Below are positions 51,214-61,136 of a stretch of 64,000 nucleotides of DNA, piece after piece (position 1 is the stretch's first letter; every line of letters begins with the position of its first letter). Source of the stretch: Longimicrobiales bacterium (GTDB taxonomy: Bacteria > Gemmatimonadota > Gemmatimonadetes > Longimicrobiales > Gaopeijiaceae); assembly GCA_965202985.1 (NCBI GenBank), contig CBDBCF010000001.1, forward strand, positions 2,080,001 to 2,144,000. Direction: 5' to 3'. Position numbers and translations under genes: made by a program. A model generated the notes under the pieces. It saw only the letters and a program-made list of their open reading frames with translations. It ran no database searches and was not told the origin of the DNA.

Positions 51214-53405
51214 CGCAATCCGCGAACGTCAAAATCCACCGCCTCGTGCAAGCGCCGAAGTTGCTTGCCGCCAAACCGCCGCACTGCGATATCTCCGTTT
51301 TCTTGCCCCAACACATAACAAGCGATGTCGTCCGTGCGATAGTCGTTCACCAGCAAAGCATCCAACGCCTCTTTGCTGTGCGTGGTGAGAAACACCTGCA
51401 CATTGAGCTTGACCGCGAGCTTCTGAACAATGAGCGTGAATCCAGAAAACAAGTCCTTGTGCATTGCATTCTCGAATTCGTCGACAAGCAAGACGCCACC
51501 ACGAACACCCGCAAACAACAGGCCGATCTCGAAGACCCGTCGCACTCCTTCCCCAAACCACGACCGATCCGGCGCCGTTGCGAAGTCTCGATGAGATACC
51601 AAGAATCGATTGAACCGGTCTGCCAGTTCGATATTGCGGAGGCCTGAGTCAATCTCGTTTCGAATAAAGTCGATGACTTCCGCCTTGGTTCCCGCCTCCA
51701 GACTTGCCTTGTTGGAGCGGGCAAGCACGGCGGGTCGACTGGCGTAGAACGGACTCGTGAACGCCGTCCGGCACAGCCAATGCTGGCCATCAAATGTCGT
51801 GCGCCGCCGCCGGTCGCTAAAGAATGCGGTCTCCGTTCTTTGGGCACGACTGCCGTAGCAGGACATGACCATCAGTTTGGTCAAGAACGTCGTCTGATCG
51901 CCAATGTCGGCATCCGGCACGCGCACGACGTTGGTGGTGAAGCTCGCGTGATTGTCGTCAACGGCGTCGAATACTCCCGACACTTGCACGGAGTCGGGAA
52001 GCTGATCGGCGATCCAGGCTGGTTCGGGGTCGCCTTCGATTCGGCTTCGCCAACGGAGTACGTCCAAGAGGGCTCGTTCGTCGTTCTGGCGAGCGAGCAG
52101 ATAGACCGCTTCCAGCAACGACGTCTTGCCGGCGTTGTTGACGCCCACGATCACGTTGACGCGACCAAGGTCCTCAAGGGCGATTCCGCCGATGCCTCGA
52201 TAGTTGTCGACGCAAAGAGACGAAAACTGTGATTTAGTGATCTCATTGAAGGGTTGCCAGGGCAGGCGTTCGCCAGTGGTTGGCGGACGACGCTTGTGTG
52301 CCAGAGAAACTCCTTGGAGACGGCCGATGAATTGGTCTACCCGGTCCAGATTTTCGGGCTTCAACTCGCCGATCCGCCGAGTGACCTTGTCGATTCCGGC
52401 ATCCAAAGCGCCAAGTACGCGCTCGATCTCGCTCTTGACGAGCTGTTCGCTGGACAACGCGGCTTCTTGAAGACTTCTCGTTTCCTCCAGGCGTGAAAGT
52501 GCATCGGGATCGTCGATCAGCTTCGCCAAGTCGCGAACCTGGATCGCAGACGTGATCACCGCATCCGGCGTTGGTCGCGAGTCGTCCGATTGACTGTCTT
52601 CTTCCTCGAGCGTGACATCCTTCGACATCCAGGCAAACAGCCGGTCGAGGTTGGACTGATTTGCAACGGAACGGGTGGACTCGTCCCACCCCAACCATTT
52701 GCGCATCCCTGGGCTCCTCAGGACTTCGCGGAAAAGGTTGTACTTGTCCGAGCGGAATTCATCGCCGTAGTCTCTGGCCTTGTACATTTCGATCAATGCG
52801 AGAGTGCGAATGGACAAATTGAATTCGCGCTTGCTGACGCCCAACGCCCGACACACGGCATCGGCATCCTCGAAATGATCGAGAAGCGTCTTCATTGCCA
52901 ACGCTCGATTGATGGCGGGCCATCGTCGCTTGCCCGTGATGTGATGAAGCCCCATCATGATCATGCGATGGTGCTCGTCGGCATCGTCGTAGACGACAAC
53001 GGGCAGGGACGAAAAGCGGTTGCTGTCCAAGTTGCCGAGGTCGATCGAGTCTTCGGCGTGGCGGATCTGGAGGTGCTTCAGCGTAGCAACGCGCCGATTC
53101 CCTTCGATGACCAAGTACCGGCCCTTGCCCTTGCTGTGGACCAGGAGTGGATCGATGTCCAGCCACCCGTTCTCCTTGATGCTGGCAATCAGATCGCGAA
53201 CTTGATCCTGATTGCGGCCCAGGACGAAGGTCGCGGTTCGTCTCTGAACGTCCGCATCGAGTTCTCGTTCCGGCAGGATCCGGCGGTAGTCGGGGTGGTC
53301 GACGATCCGAAAGTTGTTCGGATCAAGGTAGAGGTTTTTGAGGGACACGGACCGGCGGTTGCCGTGCGCAATGGATTCGCCGCTCGTGGTTGGCTGGTCG
53401 CTCAT
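51210..53405 (-). CDS. ParB/Srx-like N-terminal domain fused to an ABC-type (AAA_15/AAA_21-like) ATPase
   Basis: LYLDPNNFR, LIASIKENGW..IDPL, YLVIEGNRRVATLK (ParB/Srx). Then NYRGI, GVNNAGKTS (Walker A), WFGEG (signature), LLVDEFENAMH (Walker B), LTTHS (H-loop). Confidence 0.85.
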   Translation of the reverse strand: MSDQPTTSGESIAHGNRRSVSLKNLYLDPNNFRIVDHPDYRRILPERELDADVQRRTATFVLGRNQDQVRDLIASIKENGWLDIDPLLVHSKGKGRYLVIEGNRRVATLKHLQIRHAEDSIDLGNLDSNRFSSLPVVVYDDADEHHRMIMMGLHHITGKRRWPAINRALAMKTLLDHFEDADAVCRALGVSKREFNLSIRTLALIEMYKARDYGDEFRSDKYNLFREVLRSPGMRKWLGWDESTRSVANQSNLDRLFAWMSKDVTLEEEDSQSDDSRPTPDAVITSAIQVRDLAKLIDDPDALSRLEETRSLQEAALSSEQLVKSEIERVLGALDAGIDKVTRRIGELKPENLDRVDQFIGRLQGVSLAHKRRPPTTGERLPWQPFNEITKSQFSSLCVDNYRGIGGIALEDLGRVNVIVGVNNAGKTSLLEAVYLLARQNDERALLDVLRWRSRIEGDPEPAWIADQLPDSVQVSGVFDAVDDNHASFTTNVVRVPDADIGDQTTFLTKLMVMSCYGSRAQRTETAFFSDRRRRTTFDGQHWLCRTAFTSPFYASRPAVLARSNKASLEAGTKAEVIDFIRNEIDSGLRNIELADRFNRFLVSHRDFATAPDRSWFGEGVRRVFEIGLLFAGVRGGVLLVDEFENAMHKDLFSGFTLIVQKLAVKLNVQVFLTTHSKEALDALLVNDYRTDDIACYVLGQENGDIAVRRFGGKQLRRLHEAVDFDVRGLR

Positions 53406-53446
53406 GGCCTCGCCTTTCGATCAGCGTCTGAAGCGGTCGCCCGGAA

Positions 53447-54748
53447 CTACCCCTCCGCCTCCAGCGGTTCGGGGTCCACGGGGGGCTGCCACACCTGGAT
53501 GACCGGAAACGTGGCCAAGAACCAGCGCACGGCCCACGCGAACAGGCCCAGGAATCCGATGCCGATCAAGGGGGTCCAATGCGAGAACACGGGATCGCCT
53601 TCGTGGTGCAGGGACGGGAAGATCAGCATGTAGTGCCACAGCCACAGCCCTGCCAAGATCACGAGCGCGAACGCCTGCAGGATCTTGCCCGTCTTCTTGG
53701 GGCGCACGCCGAGCAAGCCCGCGAACGGCACGACGAAGCACAAGACGATGACCGCTGCCGACAAGCCGCCCCAAGGTTCGCCTGCGCGCGTCGCGACCCA
53801 CGCCTGTTCCCAGGGGAGCTTGCCGTACCAAATCACGATGTACTGGGACCAGAACAGGTAGGTCCAGAAGACCGTGAAGGCGAACACCAGCTTGCCCAAG
53901 TCCCACAGCACCGCCGTGCCGATCTGCTCGTCGAGCGTCCGGTCCTTGCCCTTGAGCCATACGGCGGCGACTGCCGTGGCCGCGAGACCGCCCCAGAAGG
54001 CGCCCATGAAGAACCAGCCGCCGAACAGCGTGGAGAACCAGTGCGGCTCCAGGGACATGGCCCAGTCGAAGGCCAGCACGGTCATGACCACTACGAAGAC
54101 CAGCACCAGCACCGGCGCGATCCGGGTCATGCGCAGATAGCTGCGCTCTTCTTCGACGGCTTGGCCGGCCCAATCGCCGCTCAGGCGGTCGCGCCAACGG
54201 GCGCGCTGTTCGCCCCCTGCGTCCGTCCCCGCATCTCTGGGCTTGTCGCGGCCACCCAGGTCGGGACGCAGCGCCAAGTAGACGAACCCCAGCGCCAGGC
54301 CGAACAGCGCAAGCACGCCGACGGCGTTGCGGGCGACCAGGAACGGGATGTTCAGCCACGTGGCCTTCTTTTGCACGATGGGGTCGTGAGCCATCATGTC
54401 GATCCACGGGAAGTAGTCCTCCCGCAGAAAGGCCAGCATGGGAATGAACAGCGCGAAGGCTATCGGCAAGTAGGCCGCGAACGACTGGTGCAGGCGGCGA
54501 ACCGGGCGATTCCACTTGGCCTTGGTGATCCACGTGACCGCCGCAACGATCACGCCCCCAAGAGAGATCGAGGCGAAGTAGTTCCAGTTGACCACGTACG
54601 ATTTCCAGGCCAGCGCCGGGTCCGTGGCCAGCGCTGCAACGAACGACACTGCGCCGATCAGGACCATTGCTCCGATCAGCGCTTTGGTGGTCGCGGGGCG
54701 CTCCAGGTAGCGAACCGGGAACCGGTCGGGAGCCGAATGGTCGCTCAC
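53447..54748 (-). CDS. actF: Alternative complex III subunit ActF
   Basis: Polytopic membrane protein with DWAMSLEPHWFST, DLGKL.FAF.VFWTYL.WSQY.VIWYG. Last gene of the act operon. Confidence 0.85.
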   Translation of the reverse strand: MSDHSAPDRFPVRYLERPATTKALIGAMVLIGAVSFVAALATDPALAWKSYVVNWNYFASISLGGVIVAAVTWITKAKWNRPVRRLHQSFAAYLPIAFALFIPMLAFLREDYFPWIDMMAHDPIVQKKATWLNIPFLVARNAVGVLALFGLALGFVYLALRPDLGGRDKPRDAGTDAGGEQRARWRDRLSGDWAGQAVEEERSYLRMTRIAPVLVLVFVVVMTVLAFDWAMSLEPHWFSTLFGGWFFMGAFWGGLAATAVAAVWLKGKDRTLDEQIGTAVLWDLGKLVFAFTVFWTYLFWSQYIVIWYGKLPWEQAWVATRAGEPWGGLSAAVIVLCFVVPFAGLLGVRPKKTGKILQAFALVILAGLWLWHYMLIFPSLHHEGDPVFSHWTPLIGIGFLGLFAWAVRWFLATFPVIQVWQPPVDPEPLEAEG

Positions 54749-55386
54749 GGTTGGCTCTCCGCGTCCGCGCCTTCGGCCGTCTCCGCGCCTTCGCTCCCCG
54801 TGTCCACGCCCTGCAGCTGCCGCACGTAGTTGACCAGGTGCCAGCGGTCGTAGTGACCGATCTGATGACCGTAGCCGGGCATGAGTCCGCGGCCCACCCG
54901 GATCATGCCGTAGACGTAGCCGTCGGTGAGCGCCACGGCCCGGTCGCCCCGCAAGGGATAGGCGGCCATCGCCGGGTGCACCTCGAAGATGTAGCCCGTG
55001 GTGCCGGCCCCGTCGTGCCCGTGACACACGATGCAGACGCGCTCGTAGAGCTCCTCGCCTCGGGCCAGGGACTGGGGCGAAGCCGGCACGGGGTTGGTCA
55101 GGCTGTCCACGACCTCGGGTTGGTTGGTCATGTCCAGCTGCGTGAAGGGAGGCGGCACGTCCAGGGCGCCCTCGGGCTGACCCAGGGCGACCTGGAAGGG
55201 ACCAGCGGCGTAGTTGCCGGCCGACATCGGCACGGCGCCCTCCGGGGGCAGCAACGTGTTCTCGTAGGGATCGAACGAACGCTGATCCCTCATGCTCCTG
55301 CCGAAGACGCCGGCCATGAAGTCGTCCAAGGGGACGCACGCGCCGGCGAACAAGACCGCCAGCAATAAGGTCGCGACGCTACGCAT
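54745..55386 (-). CDS. actE: Alternative complex III monoheme cytochrome c lipoprotein ActE
   Basis: FAGAC lipobox, M.DQ, CIVCHG, MPGY, RW..V.YVR.LQ. Confidence 0.88.
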   Translation of the reverse strand: MRSVATLLLAVLFAGACVPLDDFMAGVFGRSMRDQRSFDPYENTLLPPEGAVPMSAGNYAAGPFQVALGQPEGALDVPPPFTQLDMTNQPEVVDSLTNPVPASPQSLARGEELYERVCIVCHGHDGAGTTGYIFEVHPAMAAYPLRGDRAVALTDGYVYGMIRVGRGLMPGYGHQIGHYDRWHLVNYVRQLQGVDTGSEGAETAEGADAESQP

Positions 55387-55921
55387 CGAACCCCTCCGCG
55401 TCTTCGCGCAGCTCGTCCGGTTCGAAGCCGTTCAGCAGTTCGCGCACTTCGCCGGCCTTGGATGCCGGCGCCGCCACGTACACGCCGAACGAGCCGCTGG
55501 AGCAGTCGGGGTGATAGGCGACGCGCGGCCGGAAGTTGGGCAAGCCGGCGTTGATGAACAGGCCGATCACTGTGGAAAGCGCCCCGAACAGGATCGCGCA
55601 CTCGAACGCGATCACCACGTAGGCGGGGATCGAGTACAAGGGTTTGCCGCCGGTGATCAGGGGCCAGTCCATCGATGTCCAGGTCGTGAAGGCGAAGCCC
55701 GTTGCCGCTCCCGTGAGCGCTCCGGCCAGGGTGAACACGCGCACGGGGCTGTGCTCCAGCGCCAAGCCGTCTTCCAGCAGGTGGTGCTCCGGCAGCGGCG
55801 CAAAGGCCCGAAACTTCTTGTACCCCGCCGCCCGTAGCGCCTTGCAAGCGCCGATCGTCGAGTCCAGGTGCTCGAAGAGGGCGAAGAACCCCTGGCGTCC
55901 GCCCCGCCGCCGCTCAGCCAT
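55379..55921 (-). CDS. actD: Alternative complex III subunit ActD (DUF3341)
   Basis: DWPLITGGKP, IAFEC.ILF, two TM segments. Confidence 0.88.
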   Translation of the reverse strand: MAERRRGGRQGFFALFEHLDSTIGACKALRAAGYKKFRAFAPLPEHHLLEDGLALEHSPVRVFTLAGALTGAATGFAFTTWTSMDWPLITGGKPLYSIPAYVVIAFECAILFGALSTVIGLFINAGLPNFRPRVAYHPDCSSGSFGVYVAAPASKAGEVRELLNGFEPDELREDAEGFDA

Positions 55922-57323
55922 GCCGCACCTCCTTCGCCGCGCCCTTCATGGGCGGCGGAATCACTTCCTTCATCTCGGCGATCGCCACCGGCGGCAGCAA
56001 CCGGGTGAACAGCAGGAACCAGAAGCCGAACCAGGCGAAGCTGCCCACCAGAATGCCCATCTCCACCACCGAGGGCCGGTACAGTCCCCACGCCCAGGGT
56101 TCGTATTCGTGGGACAGGGACGTGACGATGATGACGAAGCGCTCGAACCACATGCCGATGTTGATGAAGATTGAAATCACGAACAGCGCCGCGATCGAGC
56201 GTCGAACCCGCTTGAACCACAGCATCAGCGGCACCAGCCCGTTGCACGTGAGCATGATCCAGTTGGCCCACCAGTAGTGGCCGAAGACGCGGTTCCAGAA
56301 CGACCCGCGCTCCGGCGGCTCCCCCGAGTACCAAGCCAGAAAGTACTCGGTCATGTAGGCGTACAGGACGATCGTCCCCGTGACCAGGCACAACTTGGCC
56401 ATCGCCTCGAAGTGCTTGACGGTGAGATAGTTCTCCAGGCCGAAGAACTTGCGCATGGGCACGGCCAGGGTGATCACCATCGCCACGCCCGAGAAGATCG
56501 CCCCGGCCACGAAGTAGGGCGCGAAGATCGTGGTGTGCCAGCCGGGCACGATCGACATCGCGAAGTCCCAAGACACCACCGAGTGGACCGACAGCACCAG
56601 CGGCGTCGCCAGGGCCGCCAAGTAGATGTACGCCTTGGAGAAGTGGTGCCACTCGCGGTCCGTGCCCCGCCATCCCAGAGAGGCGAGCTGGTAGAACTTG
56701 CGGCGCAGCCCCTTGGCGTGGTCGCGCGCCGCCGCCAAGTCCGGGATCGTGCCCAGGTAGAAGAACACGGCGGACACGGTGAAGTAGGTCGTGACCGCAA
56801 ACACGTCCCACACCAGAGGCGACCGGAAGTTGGGCCACAGGAACCGGGAGTTGGGGTAGGGCACCAGCCAGTAGGCGTGCCAAACGCGGCCCACGTGAAT
56901 CAGCGGGAACAGTCCCGCGGTCATGACGGCAAAGACGGTCATGGCCTCGGCGGCCCGGTAGATCGACTGTCGCCACGGCGCGCGCAACAGGAAGAGGATC
57001 GCCGAAATGAGCGTGCCCGAGTGAGCGATCCCGACCCAGAACACGAAGGTCGTGATGTACACGCCCCAGCCTACCGGCGCGTTCAGCCCCGAGACGCCGA
57101 TCCCTTCGTAGATCTGGTAGAACCAAGAGACGAAGAAGATGCCCACGCCTCCTGCCGCAAGACCGAAGAGCACCCACCAGCCCGGCCCAGGGCGCGAAAG
57201 AACCTTGAGGACATCCCGGTTGACGTCGTCGTAGCGGCCTACGTCGGGGTTGGGGAGCGCGCCCCGCCGCCGTCGTTGGAGCTCCGCCGCCGTTGCCGCG
57301 GCCTCGGCCGTTGCCGTCGCCAT
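55914..57323 (-). CDS. actC: Alternative complex III NrfD-family subunit ActC
   Basis: FVFWVGIAHSGTLISAIL, RAAEAMT, NFRSPL.WD, SVHSVVS.DF, PGWHTTIF.PYFV.GA, GMWFERF. Confidence 0.93.
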   Translation of the reverse strand: MATATAEAAATAAELQRRRRGALPNPDVGRYDDVNRDVLKVLSRPGPGWWVLFGLAAGGVGIFFVSWFYQIYEGIGVSGLNAPVGWGVYITTFVFWVGIAHSGTLISAILFLLRAPWRQSIYRAAEAMTVFAVMTAGLFPLIHVGRVWHAYWLVPYPNSRFLWPNFRSPLVWDVFAVTTYFTVSAVFFYLGTIPDLAAARDHAKGLRRKFYQLASLGWRGTDREWHHFSKAYIYLAALATPLVLSVHSVVSWDFAMSIVPGWHTTIFAPYFVAGAIFSGVAMVITLAVPMRKFFGLENYLTVKHFEAMAKLCLVTGTIVLYAYMTEYFLAWYSGEPPERGSFWNRVFGHYWWANWIMLTCNGLVPLMLWFKRVRRSIAALFVISIFINIGMWFERFVIIVTSLSHEYEPWAWGLYRPSVVEMGILVGSFAWFGFWFLLFTRLLPPVAIAEMKEVIPPPMKGAAKEVRHG

Positions 57324-57326
57324 GCG

Positions 57327-60300
57327 CTAGTGGCCGCCCCCGTCCACTTCGTGGTGCGTCACTTTCTTCAGGTAGTGCACGGCCGGCTGCGTGTTGATGA
57401 GTTCGTCCAGCACCCGGTACGCCCGCTCGTCGGCCGCCGCCGCCGCGACCCGCGTATCGTGGTCCTTGATGTTGCCGAAGACGATGGCGCCGGCAGGGCA
57501 CACGCTCTGACACGCCGTATAGACCTCGCCGTCGCGCACTTCCCGTCCTTCGACGGCCGCCCGTCCGCCGGCGTCGCGGATCCGCTGCACGCAGAAGGTG
57601 CACTTCTCCATGACGCCGTTGTCGCGAACCGTCACGTCCGGATTGAACTGCCAGTTCATCGGCTCGGGAATGTGTTCTTCGTCCGTGTACCGGTACCAGT
57701 TGAACACGCGCACCTTGTACGGGCAGTTGTTGGCGCAGTACCGAGTCCCCACGCAGCGGTTGTACGCCTGCGCGTTGAGGCCGTCGGGCGTGTGGTAGGC
57801 GGCGAAGACGGGGCAGACGGGTTCGCAGGGCGCGTTGTTGCAGTGCTGGCACAGCATCGGCAGGAACCGCACGTCCAGGGTGCCCGCCTGGGAAGCGTCC
57901 ACGTGCTCGTAGTAGCGCTCCATCCGCAGCCAGTGCATTTCGCGGCCGTTCATCACCTCGGTCTCTTCTACCCAGGGGATGTTGTTCTCCGCTTGGCAAG
58001 CCGTCACGCAGGCGCTGCACCCCGTGCACTTGTCCAGGTCGACGGCCATGGCCCAACGGGGGTGGTCCTCGCCGTACTCGCCGAAGTCGGAGCCGGGCAG
58101 CGGGAAGTCCTCCGCCCGCCCTTCGGTCGGCACGGGCAGGAAGCCGCCGCCCTCCTGCAGCTCGCGCAGGCCGTGGTGTCCGTGCTCCGCATCCGCGGCG
58201 TGCTGTCCGTCGTCGCTCGCGTGTCCCAGCGCCGACAGCGCCATCGCCGGCGCGACGTTGCGGTCCTCCTGTCGGGACGCGCCCTCGTTGGAGGCCAGCC
58301 TCCGCCATTCGCCGGTCGGTGTCACTTCGACGCCCGGCGCCAACAAGGCCAAGCTGTCGGAGGCGTCGTCGACCGCGCCCGGAAGCAGCTCCATCGGATT
58401 GACGCCGTTGCCGTCGGCGAAGCGCCCGTAGCTGGTGTGGCCGCCGCCCATGGCGATCGCCACCACGTCCTCGCGGATGCCCGGGTAGTCCCAAACGGGG
58501 ACCTCCACGGCCCGGTCTTCGACTGTCACGCGCACCACGTCGCCGCGCTTGAGCCCCAAGCGGTCCGCTGTGGCGGGATGGATCTCCACCCACGAGTGCC
58601 ACATGATCTTGGAGACGGGGTCGGGCAGCTCCTGGAGCCAGGGGCGGTTGGCGTGGGCACCGTCGCCGAACCGGGAAGACGGGTAGACCAGCAGCGTGAG
58701 CCCTTCCGAAGCGCCCAGCCCCGACGAGCCGAAGCCGGCGCCGGTCGTGGCGGCTTGAAGGGCGGCGGGCTGGGGCTCCGGGGCGGCGCGGGAAGCGAAT
58801 CCGGTCCTGAGCAGCTCGCGCCAGCGGGCGTCCGCGTTGTCGTCGATGCCCGCCTGCGCCCCGTTGTCCGAGGCGCGGGCCGCAACGCGCAGGTACTGGC
58901 GGAAGTTGTCGGCTCCGAAGTCGGCGCCGTTGCGTCGCCCCACTTCAAGCAGCACGTCCGCCATGGGACGCGAATCGAACAAGGGAACGGGCCGCATGAC
59001 GGGCTGCCGCACGGCGTAGGTCCCGGGCGTGGGAGAGGCGTCGCCCCACGACTCCAGCGGATGCGCGTCGGGCAGCACCAAGTCGGCCAGGGCCGTGGTC
59101 TCGTCCGGCGCCGCGGCGAACGCAACCTTGAACGGAACGTTGCCGAAGGCCTCTTGGAATCCGGCGGAAGGCGGCAGCGAATACGCCGGGTTCGTACCCG
59201 CAACCACGGCCATGCCGTAGGCGCCCGAGTTCATGTCCACCACGGCCTGCCGGAGCGCCCCGTAGGACGAAGCTTCCGAGTCCGGCGCCGACCCTACGTG
59301 CAGCGTGTTGCCCAGCGCCCCCGCCACGGAGTTCAGGACCAGGACGGCCAAGTTGGCGGCGGTCGCGGCTTCGTGGCGACCCGCAAGCCCCGGCCCCAGA
59401 GCCAAGCCGCCGCCGGCCTCGAACCTGTCCGCCAACTGCGCCAAGTCCCCAGCGCTCACCCCAGCCGCCGCTGCGGCGCGCTCCAACGTGTACTCCTCGC
59501 TGGCGACGAGCGCCTCGTACGGCCCCGGGTCTGCCGTTTCCGGGTTGCGCCGCACCAGCTCGCCAGCCACCGCCAGGGCGATCTGCGCCTCCGAGCCAGC
59601 CCGCGCCGGGATCCATTCGTCGGCGTTTTGACCCGTCAGCGAGAGGCGAGGACCGACGAATACGAAGCGCCCCTTGTCGCCGTGGTCGACGCCGTGCATC
59701 TCGGCGAACTGCGCCCCCATCTCCACCGGCGACTGCCACGTCTCCAGAAAGTCGGCCCCGAACGACACCAGGAAGTTGGCGGCCCCGATCTCGTAGCGGG
59801 GCAGGGCGGCGACCCCGAAGGCGATCCTTGCGGCCTCTCGCAACGCCGAGTCGTCCAGCGGATCGTAGACGACCCTGCGGCCCCCGACGGTTTCTGCGAA
59901 GCGGTCCAGGAACGCGGCTTCCGAAGGTCCCTTGGCTCCGGTGAGGAACAGCGCCTGCCCGGCGGCGGCGAACCGTTCCGTCAGCAGTTCCAGCGCATCG
60001 TCCCACGACACGGGGACGAGCACGCCGTCGACGCGACGAAGAGGCGTGGCCAGCCGGTCCGGGTTGTACAGCCCCTGAAGCGCCGCCACGCCCCGAGCGC
60101 AGAGGCCCCCCTTGGACACGGGATGGTCGGGGTTGCCTTCGATCATGACGGCCCGGCCTTCGCGGGTCCGAACCCGGATGCCGCAACCGGCAGCGCATTC
60201 GCCGCAGGTGGAGGCGTACCACGTGGCGACCCCCGGCGTGATCTCCTCGGGAGGCGTCACGTAGGGGATCAGGCGCTCGACCTTCTCCGTGGAGCAGCCG

Positions 60301-60368
60301 ACCGCCGCGGCCCCGGCCCCGCCGGTGCCCACGACCTTGAGGAAGTCCCGCCGCCCGAAGCCGCTCAC
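57327..60368 (-). CDS. actB: Alternative complex III ActB (molybdopterin-oxidoreductase-like plus 4Fe-4S domains)
   Basis: Tat motif GRRDFLK, CGECAAGCG, CTGCSACVTACQAENN, CQHC..APCEPVCP, CVGTRYC.NNCP, MEKCTFC, ACQSVCP. Confidence 0.93.
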   Translation of the reverse strand: MSGFGRRDFLKVVGTGGAGAAAVGCSTEKVERLIPYVTPPEEITPGVATWYASTCGECAAGCGIRVRTREGRAVMIEGNPDHPVSKGGLCARGVAALQGLYNPDRLATPLRRVDGVLVPVSWDDALELLTERFAAAGQALFLTGAKGPSEAAFLDRFAETVGGRRVVYDPLDDSALREAARIAFGVAALPRYEIGAANFLVSFGADFLETWQSPVEMGAQFAEMHGVDHGDKGRFVFVGPRLSLTGQNADEWIPARAGSEAQIALAVAGELVRRNPETADPGPYEALVASEEYTLERAAAAAGVSAGDLAQLADRFEAGGGLALGPGLAGRHEAATAANLAVLVLNSVAGALGNTLHVGSAPDSEASSYGALRQAVVDMNSGAYGMAVVAGTNPAYSLPPSAGFQEAFGNVPFKVAFAAAPDETTALADLVLPDAHPLESWGDASPTPGTYAVRQPVMRPVPLFDSRPMADVLLEVGRRNGADFGADNFRQYLRVAARASDNGAQAGIDDNADARWRELLRTGFASRAAPEPQPAALQAATTGAGFGSSGLGASEGLTLLVYPSSRFGDGAHANRPWLQELPDPVSKIMWHSWVEIHPATADRLGLKRGDVVRVTVEDRAVEVPVWDYPGIREDVVAIAMGGGHTSYGRFADGNGVNPMELLPGAVDDASDSLALLAPGVEVTPTGEWRRLASNEGASRQEDRNVAPAMALSALGHASDDGQHAADAEHGHHGLRELQEGGGFLPVPTEGRAEDFPLPGSDFGEYGEDHPRWAMAVDLDKCTGCSACVTACQAENNIPWVEETEVMNGREMHWLRMERYYEHVDASQAGTLDVRFLPMLCQHCNNAPCEPVCPVFAAYHTPDGLNAQAYNRCVGTRYCANNCPYKVRVFNWYRYTDEEHIPEPMNWQFNPDVTVRDNGVMEKCTFCVQRIRDAGGRAAVEGREVRDGEVYTACQSVCPAGAIVFGNIKDHDTRVAAAAADERAYRVLDELINTQPAVHYLKKVTHHEVDGGGH

Positions 60369-60381
60369 CGCAAGTCCGTGC

Positions 60382-60945
60382 CTAGTAGTGACATACCGTG
60401 CAGTCGCGAGAGGCGCCGCGCTCCAAGTGGCACGAGACGCACCAGCCCATCTTCAAGTTGCCGGCCTCGGGGGCCACCTCCTGCAGGACGCCCATCTCCT
60501 GGACTTGGCCATGGCAAGTCTGGCACGCCACGCCCGCGGCCACGTGGCGGAAGTGAGGGAAGGTCACGTGGTCCGACACCTTGTAGATGCGCCGCCACGG
60601 GATCGGCGTGCCCGAGGCGTGGTACTCCCGGAGCTTGGCGACCTCTTCCGGGTTGGTCCTCCCGCCGACGATGCCTTCGCGGTGGCAACCCATGCAGGTC
60701 TCGACGGGGGGAATCCCCGCGTCCACGGACCGCTCCGCCGAGAAGTGGCAGTACTGGCACTCGATCAGGAACTGCCCGGCGTGCGTGTCGTGGGGAAACT
60801 GGATCGGCTGGCCCGTAACCGGGTCGTCCGCCGAAGCGACGGGGTCGGGGGCGGGCTCGCCCTCGGGCGTCTGCCATCCGATGAGGGTGACGACTCCTAG
60901 AACCGGAATCGCGCCCGCGCAAGCCGTCAGCCACAGCCTCTTCAT
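60382..60945 (-). CDS. actA: Alternative complex III pentaheme cytochrome ActA
   Basis: QPI.F.H..H and five CxxCH motifs (CQYCH, CMGCH, CQTCH, CVSCH, CTVCH). Confidence 0.92.
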   Translation of the reverse strand: MKRLWLTACAGAIPVLGVVTLIGWQTPEGEPAPDPVASADDPVTGQPIQFPHDTHAGQFLIECQYCHFSAERSVDAGIPPVETCMGCHREGIVGGRTNPEEVAKLREYHASGTPIPWRRIYKVSDHVTFPHFRHVAAGVACQTCHGQVQEMGVLQEVAPEAGNLKMGWCVSCHLERGASRDCTVCHY

Positions 60946-61136
60946 CTTGCGGTGGTCACCCGGGCCGCCAACGGGCCGGTTGGAGGGTTCGATGTGCGGA
61001 GCCGAAAGCCAAACGATGCGAACCGGAAGGTAGGGCTAGGGCTGGGGCGTGTCAACGACGGCGGGCCGGGCGAGCGACCGGTGGGCGCAGGGGGGCGGGA
61101 GCGACGTGTTGGCGTTGCCGGACCGAATCGGCCAAA

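Noticed and set aside
56277..60818. 1513-aa plus-strand ORF (and similar long ORFs such as 1752-5366, 46642-50067, 1-1683)
   Set aside because: These are high-GC shadow frames overlapping well-supported genes, with Arg/Gly/Pro-rich composition and no motifs.
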